This document shows, piece by piece, positions 56,288 through 64,000 of a stretch of DNA of 64,000 nt (position 1 is its first letter; every line of letters starts with the position of its first letter). The position numbers and the translations under genes are program-made. The stretch covers positions 42,669 through 106,668 of the forward strand of contig JAZOVZ010000041.1 of the NCBI GenBank assembly GCA_045658965.1, written 5' to 3'. This DNA comes from Eubacteriales bacterium (lineage in GTDB: Bacteria; Bacillota; Clostridia; Oscillospirales; CAG-272). The notes under the pieces are model-generated. The model worked only from the letters and a program-made list of their open reading frames with translations, had not been told where the DNA came from and did no database searches.

Positions 56288-57517
56288 TTGAATAAGCATA
56301 GAATTACGTGTGCTCTTGCGGCAATCCTGCTTTTGGGCACGGTTTTGGCATCTTGCGACAAAGAACCGGCAAACGAGGTGCAATCCACAGAGCCGATCAC
56401 AGATACCCAAGAAATTACCACAGAAGCACCTACCGCTCCCCAAGAGGAGACGACCAAGGAGGAAGAAGTGACTACCGAAGAAATCAACGTAATTCCCGAA
56501 GACGGAGATTACTACAAAAATCAAGTCAAGCTCAACAACAAGTCCATTATGTTCTGCGCCAACGAGTTCAAGGGTGAATTCAACTCGGTGCATTTTGAAA
56601 ATCACGGTCTGATGCTGGACGCAGGCGCGACTGAGGGCTATTTTATTTCCGAGGAGATTGACATGGGCGGCAGCTTCAAGAACATGCTTGCGTCCTGGAA
56701 CACCTCCTCTGCAGGTGGCACGGTGGAGATCTCCGTGTCCGTTAAGCTTGACGACGGCAGCTTCACGACCTGGTATTCCTGGGGCGAATGGAGTGCGATC
56801 CCCGAAACGTCGGGCAGCAAATCCAACGAGGATGATTACGGTTCTGTGGGCATTGATATTCTCACGCTCAAAAAGCAATGCCAAGGCATTGTCAAATACA
56901 GAATCGATATCAAGCAGACAGGCGAAGCGTCTCCCATCGTTTACAACGTCACGCTTGCGTGTGACAAGCAAAACGGCAATCTGAGTGCTCCCGCAGACAC
57001 CTACAAAAAGCTGGACGTGCCGTACAGACGCCAGATGGACGTGCCCGAGATCGGTGGCAGCATTTGCTCTGCAACTTCCCTTTCCATGGTCATGCTGTAC
57101 CACGGTGAGCAGATCGACGATATTGCCGATATTGCCTGGGGCGTACGCGACTGGGGCGAGGAGATCTTCGGCAACTGGGCTTTCAACGTCGCATACGCAG
57201 GTGAGCTTGGATATCAAACCTACATCGACTACTATGAGATCGACGCAATCAAGCACGCGATCTCTACGGGACACCCCATCGTGTCCTCGATCCGCGTCAA
57301 GGCAGGTCAGCTTGCAGCCAGTGGGCACCCCAACTACACCACCAACGGACACTTGCTGTGCGTTGTAGGCTACGAAGAAAAAGACGGTCAGAAATGGTTG
57401 CTGATCAATGACCCTGCACATCCCGAGGTCAAGGCAATTCTTGAATCCGATTTCGAGAACATCTACAGAGGCGTTTCCTATATCGTGCAGCATAGAGCCG
57501 ATACCTACGCTGAATAA
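56288..57517 (+). CDS. Lipoprotein with a C-terminal peptidase C39-like (papain-fold) domain
   Basis: TTG start after an SD. Lipobox LASC. C-terminal ...GGSICSATSLSMVMLYHG...NGHLLCVVGY...LINDPA resembles the Peptidase_C39_2 family. Confidence 0.65.
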   Translation: MNKHRITCALAAILLLGTVLASCDKEPANEVQSTEPITDTQEITTEAPTAPQEETTKEEEVTTEEINVIPEDGDYYKNQVKLNNKSIMFCANEFKGEFNSVHFENHGLMLDAGATEGYFISEEIDMGGSFKNMLASWNTSSAGGTVEISVSVKLDDGSFTTWYSWGEWSAIPETSGSKSNEDDYGSVGIDILTLKKQCQGIVKYRIDIKQTGEASPIVYNVTLACDKQNGNLSAPADTYKKLDVPYRRQMDVPEIGGSICSATSLSMVMLYHGEQIDDIADIAWGVRDWGEEIFGNWAFNVAYAGELGYQTYIDYYEIDAIKHAISTGHPIVSSIRVKAGQLAASGHPNYTTNGHLLCVVGYEEKDGQKWLLINDPAHPEVKAILESDFENIYRGVSYIVQHRADTYAE

Positions 57518-57519
57518 TC

Positions 57520-57556
57520 AAAAGCTCCGCATCACAAAAATGATGCGGAGCTTTTT
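57520..57556. terminator. Bidirectional terminator
   Basis: AAAAGCTCCGCATCA-CAAAAA-TGATGCGGAGCTTTTT. Confidence 0.8.
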
Positions 57557-57967
57557 TTATTGTTGGTTCATGCGCTCACTGCCCCACCAATCGGGCACAA
57601 GTTCACCAAGCGTGACAGTGGAGAGCGTTTCAAGATCGGTCAGGATCTCGATCTCGGGGCTGTGCGGATCCAGCTGCATCATCATTTCCCTGCACGCGCC
57701 GCAGGGCGAGCCAACCTTTCCGCTGCCCATGACGCATACAAGCTTGACAATACGGCTCTCGCCGTTTGTGATCATATTGGCGATCGCATTGCGCTCAGCA
57801 CACATGCCAAGTCCCGAGCAGGTGTCGATACACACACCCACGTACACGTTGCCCTTATCAGTCAATATCGCAGCCGCCACGCCGCCTGCATCCATAAAAG
57901 GCGTCAGCACGCGCGGGTTGAGCTTTTGCTTTGCTGTGTCGTATAATTCATGCCAGATGGTTTTCAT
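57557..57967 (-). CDS. cdd: Cytidine deaminase family protein (homotetrameric type)
   Basis: 136 aa. Zn ligands CAERNAI and SPCGACREMM. Confidence 0.8.
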   Translation of the reverse strand: MKTIWHELYDTAKQKLNPRVLTPFMDAGGVAAAILTDKGNVYVGVCIDTCSGLGMCAERNAIANMITNGESRIVKLVCVMGSGKVGSPCGACREMMMQLDPHSPEIEILTDLETLSTVTLGELVPDWWGSERMNQQ

Positions 57968-57982
57968 AGCAATTCCTTTCTT

Positions 57983-58909
57983 CTATTGCGAGGGATCCGC
58001 CGCAAAATACGTGCGGTTATCCCCCTCTGTATAATCGGTTACCCACGCAAGACCCAATACGATGGTTGATTGCTGTTCCGAGCCAACAAATACAAAGCCG
58101 TTTTCTATTGGAGAGATTTGGTACTCAATCTGCTGCCCGGCGCGATAATCATAGTACTCAACGACGCCAAGCGTCATTTGCAAGGTGTCCTTTTCAAACG
58201 TGCGACATAGATAATGCTCCCCGGATTCGGTGTCGACGTTGCATTGTGCAAGCGGCTCTATCACGCATCGCACCGTTTGCCCCGCCTTGATAGCTCCATA
58301 AATGCGATAGCACGCCGTCAAAGGTTGAGTTTCACTCGTAGGATCATCATACGAGATGCGAATGGGCAAATAATTGACCAATTGATCGTCCACATATATA
58401 TTCAGCTCACCAAACGGCGTTTGCACACTGCAATCTTGCTTATATTCTTCTAAAATACGATTTGCCCAGCGCGTTGCTTCCACCTCTAAGCTCCGATCGC
58501 TTCTTTGCTTTTCCTCATCGAAAAACCATTGATAATAATGGGAGAGCTCATGCAGCAGCGTGAACATGACTTGCTCAATGGGTAAGGATTCATCAATCTT
58601 CCCAGCGACATAGATCTCGGGATACAGCTTTTTCTTTTGATAGGCATCGACATTGTCATAAAACACACCGTAATATGTGTGCCCGTCCTCTTGAGCACGG
58701 TATTGGGGGTGATTGGTTATGATAACGTTGCAACGAATCGGAAAGAAGTAACGACGGCGCAAATACGTAATCAGATCATTAAGATTGTTCCTTAAGTCCG
58801 CGATAATACCATCCGCATAACGAATGCGAATGCCTGTTGCATGCGCATATCCAAGGCATTTATCTCTATCCTTTCGTTCTATCCACAAATCGGGAAATGT
58901 GATATCCAT
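57983..58909 (-). CDS. Hypothetical protein with an HExxH metallopeptidase-like motif and a beta-rich C-terminal domain
   Basis: 308 aa from the ATG after the AAAGGAGG SD. TLLHELSHYYQW at residues 117-128. No signal peptide or TM helix. Confidence 0.55.
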   Translation of the reverse strand: MDITFPDLWIERKDRDKCLGYAHATGIRIRYADGIIADLRNNLNDLITYLRRRYFFPIRCNVIITNHPQYRAQEDGHTYYGVFYDNVDAYQKKKLYPEIYVAGKIDESLPIEQVMFTLLHELSHYYQWFFDEEKQRSDRSLEVEATRWANRILEEYKQDCSVQTPFGELNIYVDDQLVNYLPIRISYDDPTSETQPLTACYRIYGAIKAGQTVRCVIEPLAQCNVDTESGEHYLCRTFEKDTLQMTLGVVEYYDYRAGQQIEYQISPIENGFVFVGSEQQSTIVLGLAWVTDYTEGDNRTYFAADPSQ

Positions 58910-58990
58910 TTCTGCGCCTCCTTTCACAAGCTTTTTCTATATTTATTCTATCACAAATCCCCAATAATTTCAAGACTTTTTTGTATTGGG

Positions 58991-59019
58991 TTGCAATACC
59001 GGAAAACACGTGCTATAAT
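58991..59019 (+). promoter_or_regulatory. Sigma-A promoter of the 59043 operon
   Basis: TTGCAA, 17 nt, TATAAT. Confidence 0.6.
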
Positions 59020-59042
59020 GAAAGAAAAAAGGAGGCTGCGAC

Positions 59043-59966
59043 ATGACAGACCTTGAAAAGATCGCGTATGCAAAATCGTTTATTGATAAGCTGTCGGCGG
59101 GCATTGATCCCACGGACGGCACACTTATCCCCGAGGACGACGTGGCTGCCAAGGCACGTATCGTCGGATGCTTTAGCTATGTGTCCGAGGTGCTTGGCAA
59201 GCTGATAAATGCTCCCAATGTCGTTGCAGACCTGTACCGTGTTCCCGAACGCAAGCTGACAGCGCAGGTGCTGTCCTCGATCGAATGCACGCAATTCCCC
59301 GTCAGCATCAGCGCATTTGCGCAAAGGATCGACGCTGCGCTGCACTCGTCTAAAAAGTTTACTGCGCATGATATCACGCCTTGGCTGATGCATAACGGAT
59401 ATATCGAAAAACTCATCGATTACAGAGATAAGTCCTTTAAGCGTCCTACGCAAAAGGGCGTAGAGATCGGCATTATCGTGCAACAATCGACGTCACAGAC
59501 CGGAAGAGTCACAAGCTCGATCAGGCTGAATATGTTTGCGCAGCAGTTTATACGCGACCACCTGCATGAGATCCTGGCATTTTCGCAAAGTCCTCCCCGC
59601 CCTGCAGACCGTATTCCTCTGGTCACCTTTACGCTCTCGCAAGCACAGCTTGCAAAATTTGAGTTTTCGGAAATACCACTCTCCATTTCGCAAATTGCAA
59701 GCATGATCAGCGCGCTCAATCTCGAATCGTCGCAGGTCGGGCTCAAGCCGGGTGACCTTGCAGATTGGCTGGTGCATCTCGGACTTCTGCGCACCGTTGA
59801 GCACGGGGGTAAAAACTATAAGCTGCCCACCGATGCCGGCAAGCAGCTCGGCATTTTGGTCGAAGCTCGCCACGGACTCAACGGCGATTACTATATCGCC
59901 CTGTATAACGCAGATGCGCAGAGGTTTATTATTGACAACATTCATGGATTGATTAAGGTGGTTTGA
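59043..59966 (+). CDS. Hypothetical protein with an internally duplicated ~95-aa domain
   Basis: 307 aa. Strong SD AAGGAGG. Residues ~85-180 and ~210-303 align with each other (PxSIS...WLxHxG...PTxxGxxxGI...AQxFIxD). Confidence 0.55.
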   Translation: MTDLEKIAYAKSFIDKLSAGIDPTDGTLIPEDDVAAKARIVGCFSYVSEVLGKLINAPNVVADLYRVPERKLTAQVLSSIECTQFPVSISAFAQRIDAALHSSKKFTAHDITPWLMHNGYIEKLIDYRDKSFKRPTQKGVEIGIIVQQSTSQTGRVTSSIRLNMFAQQFIRDHLHEILAFSQSPPRPADRIPLVTFTLSQAQLAKFEFSEIPLSISQIASMISALNLESSQVGLKPGDLADWLVHLGLLRTVEHGGKNYKLPTDAGKQLGILVEARHGLNGDYYIALYNADAQRFIIDNIHGLIKVV

Positions 59967-59968
59967 TA

Positions 59969-60676
59969 ATGATAATCAACTGTATTTGGGAGCATAACGG
60001 CAACGATACGTTGCTTTATGCAGATAATTGTATCGGTGCCTATACGCGAGGTGAGAGCCTTGAAGTTGCAGCAGCGAAAATGCCGGCGGAGATCATATCC
60101 TATCTGAAATGGCTGGGAGCGGAAATTCCGGAAAGCACGGAAATCGTTATCACCTATGACAAGAACTCCGATCTTAACATCAAAGACGCCGATTCCGACG
60201 TGCTTTTCGAGAGTGAGAAAGCCCCGCTGCCCCTTGAAGAATACCAAACCCTGAAAGCACTCGCGCTCAAATCCGCCAAGGATTTTCTTGTGCTGTATGC
60301 ATCTGTTCCCGATAAGAGCGCGACAGCATCCCCCGAGCGCAAAACCTTTTACGGACAAGTTCCCCGCTCTGCGCACGAGATGCACGAACACACAAAGAGT
60401 GTCAACGCATATTATTTTGCAGAGATCGGCGTCAATGCCGACAACAGCGGTGACATTTACGAATGCCGCTTGCGCGGCTTTGAAGCACTTGAAGCAATGC
60501 CCGATTTTCTTCAAAATGCCGTGATTCCAGGCAGCTACGGTGAAGATTGGTCGCTTCGAAAGGTTTTGCGCCGCTTTATTTGGCACGACCGTATTCATGC
60601 AAAAGCGATGTATCGCATGGCAGTTAAGGTTTTTGGCAAGGAATGTATCGCAAACCCGTTTTGTTTTGAATTATGA
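59969..60676 (+). CDS. DinB-superfamily-like protein with a small N-terminal alpha/beta domain
   Basis: 235 aa. C-terminal helices with HEMHEHTKSVNAYY and RFIWHDRIHAKAM resemble DinB_2 metal-binding histidines. ATG lies 7 nt after the AAGGTGG SD. Confidence 0.5.
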   Translation: MIINCIWEHNGNDTLLYADNCIGAYTRGESLEVAAAKMPAEIISYLKWLGAEIPESTEIVITYDKNSDLNIKDADSDVLFESEKAPLPLEEYQTLKALALKSAKDFLVLYASVPDKSATASPERKTFYGQVPRSAHEMHEHTKSVNAYYFAEIGVNADNSGDIYECRLRGFEALEAMPDFLQNAVIPGSYGEDWSLRKVLRRFIWHDRIHAKAMYRMAVKVFGKECIANPFCFEL

Positions 60677-60730
60677 CCGTTTCAAATACAACTTTCCACC
60701 TATTGCTTTGCTGACAAAAGACGGAAAAAA

Positions 60731-60765
60731 GCAATATTGCAATTTTTCAAGAGAATTCAATAATC
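60731..60765 (+). promoter_or_regulatory. Promoter-like element with the perfect 10-bp palindrome GCAATATTGC overlapping the -35
   Basis: GCAATATTGC at 60731-60740; TTGCAA at 60737-60742; 16-17 nt spacer; then AATAAT/ATAATC. Confidence 0.4.
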
Positions 60766-60797
60766 ACCCATGATTTTGCAAACCAAGGAGCCGATAC

Positions 60798-61871
60798 ATG
60801 ACATACAATTTTCAAAAACAAATAGATTTTCTCCTTGAAAACGCTAATCCCTCCATCCGTCTCCGTGTGCAGAAAGAGATTCTCGGCAACATCACCGTAG
60901 CGGAAGAAGCGGATCTGATTGCTCAGATCAAAGAAGAACCGATATACAAGCTCATTGCAAACTGCCAAAAGGAAAACGGTTGGCTCGGCAACGGATTTCA
61001 CGGACCAAACAAAAACGCAGGTCCTTACGAAAACCAAGAGGTCGGCACAAAGTGGCTTGCAGAAAAGGCAGTGGGCAAGGACGATCCCGTACTGAAACGT
61101 GCTATGGATGCCTTTGTTACCACCGAGCTGACAGACCTTTGCTATCGCACAAAAGGCAAGTATTTTGATGAGTTCCGCTATGCGGCCAACGGTCAGAATT
61201 TTATTCGTTGCGCGTGTATCGCCCGTGCCGGATATGACGATATCATAGATATCAGACCGCAGATACAGTTGGCTTTGGATTCCTTCAAGCGTGTGCTTGA
61301 AGTGGACTCGATTTTGGATATCACACGCATAAAAAAGGTCAGCGGCAAAGAAAAGCGCGTTTTCAATGATTACGAAAAATGGCCTTGCTATTATCATCTT
61401 GATATTTTGGCACATACGAACTCTTGGAGAACCGAGGACAATATCAAAATGCTTGCAGAAGCTGTGAAAAAGCTGATGCGCACCGACCGCCCCGAATGTC
61501 AAGTTGGCGGTGACAGTTGGGTTGGATACGTTCTTGGAACTGTTGGTTGCCTCAAGGAAGGATACACTCTCGGTTATGACAAGGACGGAGTTCACTATAC
61601 ATATCTTGACCGTGTGGAATGGCTTTGCCGTTGCGGTCTTGCGCCTTATGTTCCCGAACTTCAAGCGGAGGTGGATGTTCTCGCCAATGCTATTGACGAA
61701 AATGGCATTTGCAGAGCCACCGTTGATGAAAATCAACTGAAAGGCATTAGCACCTACGGTGGTCAACAGCTTGAAGTGGATTGGAAAAACGATACAAGAA
61801 AGCTGTGCGATATCACGTTCCGAGTTCTCTTGATAATGCATTATGCAAACGGAGGTAACTATGAGCTTTGA
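60798..61871 (+). CDS. Hypothetical protein, paralogue A (helical-repeat, QxxNGW motif)
   Basis: 357 aa, SD AAGGAG. The N-terminus MTYNFQKQIDFLLE is shared with the CDS at 63142. Contains CQKENGWLGNGFHG. Confidence 0.55.
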   Translation: MTYNFQKQIDFLLENANPSIRLRVQKEILGNITVAEEADLIAQIKEEPIYKLIANCQKENGWLGNGFHGPNKNAGPYENQEVGTKWLAEKAVGKDDPVLKRAMDAFVTTELTDLCYRTKGKYFDEFRYAANGQNFIRCACIARAGYDDIIDIRPQIQLALDSFKRVLEVDSILDITRIKKVSGKEKRVFNDYEKWPCYYHLDILAHTNSWRTEDNIKMLAEAVKKLMRTDRPECQVGGDSWVGYVLGTVGCLKEGYTLGYDKDGVHYTYLDRVEWLCRCGLAPYVPELQAEVDVLANAIDENGICRATVDENQLKGISTYGGQQLEVDWKNDTRKLCDITFRVLLIMHYANGGNYEL

Positions 61872-62193
61872 CTATAAAAAAACAATTTGCTATTGCGGTC
61901 ACGATTGTGCTCGTTGTCTCACGTATCTTGCAACTATCAGAAACGATGAAGAATTACGCAAACAATCACAGCGCTTTTATAAAACCGAGTTTGGGATAGA
62001 TATTCCACTTAAAGATATTCATTGTCTCGGGGGTCGATCGGAAGATATATTCTATTTGTGCAAGGAGTGTCCGTTTATAAAATGTTGTAAGGAAAACAAT
62101 GTTGAAATATGTATCAATTGTTTGAAATATCCTTGCAAACAAATCCACGACTATCAAAAAAAGTACGTTAACAAATGCAATCAGATCAATTGA
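61861..62193 (+). CDS. DUF3795-like cysteine-rich protein
   Basis: 110 aa. CYCGHDCARCLTY and CLGG...CKECPFIKCC...CINCLKYPC fit the DUF3795 pattern. Overlaps the upstream stop by 11 nt, with a GGAGGT SD inside the upstream gene. Confidence 0.7.
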   Translation: MSFDYKKTICYCGHDCARCLTYLATIRNDEELRKQSQRFYKTEFGIDIPLKDIHCLGGRSEDIFYLCKECPFIKCCKENNVEICINCLKYPCKQIHDYQKKYVNKCNQIN

Positions 62194-62211
62194 CCGCAGA
62201 GGAATAATGTT

Positions 62212-63138
62212 ATGAGAAATCTAACCAAACCACAACTGATGAAAATGGACAAATGGATGCAAGATAACGCTCGTCCATACGATCTCGCAAAATGGGATTA
62301 TCTCTTTAACGGTGGCAGTAAGGACGCCATCGTTGAAGAAATGTTGAAATATCAGAACGCTGACGGCGGTATGGGTAGCGGCTTTGAAGCAGACGTGCTA
62401 TGTCCTTTGTCTGCGGCTATCCCAACGGCAGAAGCTATATTCCAAGCCTACGAATATGGTCTTGACTTTGATTCCGAATGGATGAAGCGCATTCTTTCCT
62501 ATTTTGAAAACAACGTGCAGGATATCCCGAAGTATTGGGAAGATTGCCCGAAAGAAGCAATGGACTATCCTCACGCACCGTGGTGGAATTATGCTCCTTG
62601 TACTGTATTCAATCCCAATCCGTGTGCTGTTGTTGCTTCTGCATTTATCCGATACGGAACGGATAGTCAAAAAGAACTTGGATATAAAATAGCCGGAGAT
62701 TGCTTGAAGTTACTTGTTTCAACCGACTTCTGTGGAGACCACGATACGCTTAATATTCAAGCATTGGTAGATCAACTCATTGCTATTAAATCTCCGCTTG
62801 TTACAGATGATGTAATGGTGGCTATGCGAAGAAGAATCCTTGAAAACACCTGCTTCGATGCAAGCAAATACAATAGCTATTACTTTACACCCCTTGATTA
62901 CGTGCCCTGTCCCAATTCTGTTTGGTATGGCACGGTCGGTCACGGTATTGAACAAACGATAGCCTTTTGGCTCGATAACATTAACGATCAAGGTGTATGG
63001 ACTCCAAATTTCTCTTGGGGCATCGATAGTGACATATCAAGACAAGTCACAAAGAATTGGACGGGATACATTACCGTTAAGAGAGCAAAGATTTTACTTA
63101 ACCTTGACAGGATAGAAAAACAACGGAACGGAGCCTAA
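62212..63138 (+). CDS. Hypothetical protein with a prenyltransferase/terpene-cyclase-like QxxDGG motif
   Basis: 308 aa with LKYQNADGGMGSGFEAD. No TM helix or signal peptide. Confidence 0.55.
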   Translation: MRNLTKPQLMKMDKWMQDNARPYDLAKWDYLFNGGSKDAIVEEMLKYQNADGGMGSGFEADVLCPLSAAIPTAEAIFQAYEYGLDFDSEWMKRILSYFENNVQDIPKYWEDCPKEAMDYPHAPWWNYAPCTVFNPNPCAVVASAFIRYGTDSQKELGYKIAGDCLKLLVSTDFCGDHDTLNIQALVDQLIAIKSPLVTDDVMVAMRRRILENTCFDASKYNSYYFTPLDYVPCPNSVWYGTVGHGIEQTIAFWLDNINDQGVWTPNFSWGIDSDISRQVTKNWTGYITVKRAKILLNLDRIEKQRNGA

Positions 63139-63141
63139 CAT

Positions 63142-64000
63142 ATGGCATACACCTTTCAAAAACAAATAGATTTTCTCCTTGAATACGCCTGCCCGAGCAT
63201 AAAATACTTGGTTCATCGTGACATGCTGGGCGCTCCGGTGAACGAGCCTTTTATGGTGGCGCTTCAAAACGAGATTTTGACACAGTCCAATACACAAAAG
63301 CATTTGTCCGCACAGCATCCCGATGGGTGGTTCGGTCATGAACTCCACGGCATTGACGGTATGGACTGTCACATAGGTGGTCTTTTAAACTTGGGTGTTG
63401 AAGCGAATCATCCAGCAATTCAAAAAGCGGTCACAGCGTTGTTGACACCCGAAATCGCATCGGCACACAAGAATTGGTTTCGCGGCGGTGCGGCATTGGA
63501 TGCCGAGGGACGCGGTGGCGACAATGCCATTGTTGCTAACATTCTCGCTATGACCAAATCATCCGAGGATATCCCCGTGTTTGCAGAACAATTATCGCTT
63601 GCCTTTGAGCATCTGTCAGCAGTCTTAGAGTATAACTCGGTTGACGATTTTTCAATCAAGGGCAAAAACGAAAGATACTACAAACCGAAAGCTAAATTCC
63701 CCGGCGCGAATCATATCGGTATTCTTGCCGCAACGCAGGGATGGCGAACCGAGAATAATATGAAAACCGCAAAGGCGGCAGTCAACCACGCTTATGAAAT
63801 GATGAAGGATTTTGACGAATACATCACATTCAAAAAGCCGTCGGAGTTCGGTGGTGGATTTGTCGGCCCGTTCAACTATAATTGGCAAGCACTGAAGCCT
63901 ATGACCGAGGAACAGATCATCCGTATCATCAACAGTTCCTACAACTTCCAATTCGCTTTTTGGCTCGGCTCTGTCACCGGTGTTCCCGATTGGGTAAAAC
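63142..64000 (+). CDS. Hypothetical protein, paralogue A' of the 60798 gene; the 3' end lies outside the window
   Basis: Frame is open from the ATG at 63142 to the window end, so it is absent from the ORF track. N-terminus MAYTFQKQIDFLLE. Contains AQHPDGWFGHELHG. Starts 3 nt after the upstream stop. Confidence 0.6.
   Translation, partial: MAYTFQKQIDFLLEYACPSIKYLVHRDMLGAPVNEPFMVALQNEILTQSNTQKHLSAQHPDGWFGHELHGIDGMDCHIGGLLNLGVEANHPAIQKAVTALLTPEIASAHKNWFRGGAALDAEGRGGDNAIVANILAMTKSSEDIPVFAEQLSLAFEHLSAVLEYNSVDDFSIKGKNERYYKPKAKFPGANHIGILAATQGWRTENNMKTAKAAVNHAYEMMKDFDEYITFKKPSEFGGGFVGPFNYNWQALKPMTEEQIIRIINSSYNFQFAFWLGSVTGVPDWVK

Overview
This is a 64-kb chromosomal segment from an endospore-forming Firmicute of the class Clostridia. 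The taxonomic call rests on Gram-positive type PolC, SpoIIID, a PdaA-like cortex deacetylase and a DUF1540 protein. The window is densely coding: about 60 CDS, one tRNA-Val(CAC), and no rRNA, CRISPR array or recognisable transposase, integrase or phage genes.

Most of it is housekeeping:
- rseP-ispG-polC
- argH-argG
- two polysaccharide deacetylases
- spoIIID
- a co-directional string lepB(fused)-rbgA-rnhB-yraN-dipeptidase-thrC
- tig-clpP-clpX
- pgi
- a DD-carboxypeptidase
- a galM-galE-anomeric kinase-nucleotidyltransferase sugar salvage operon
- a Crp-regulated NitT/TauT-type ABC transporter
- two GH78 rhamnosidases flanking an LRR protein
- pcp and cdd

The parts worth a second look, in window order:
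1. An ApgM-like phosphomutase-fold protein is fused in frame to signal peptidase I.
2. The clpX-pgi accessory islet holds a 277-aa cysteine-rich protein with a C7 tract. It also holds a roughly 325-bp structured element built from inverted AGTGATATT 9-mers and bounded by the two halves of a terminator-like hairpin, plus a lone tRNA-Val and a SecB-like chaperone beside a minimal P-loop protein.
3. About 500 bp between the divergent promoters of a GH78 gene and the LRR gene is unassigned.
4. The terminal accessory region (58-64 kb) has a divergent HExxH-protein / duplicated-domain protein / DinB-like trio. This is followed by a tightly packed low-GC operon of three QxxDG(G/W)-motif proteins and a DUF3795 Cys-rich protein. 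Two diverged paralogues in that operon share an identical 30-nt stretch at their 5' ends.

All family assignments come from motif recognition by eye. No database search or folding calculation was run, so uncharacterised calls are hypotheses. Many long ORFs in the supplied track are antisense shadows of real genes and were discarded.
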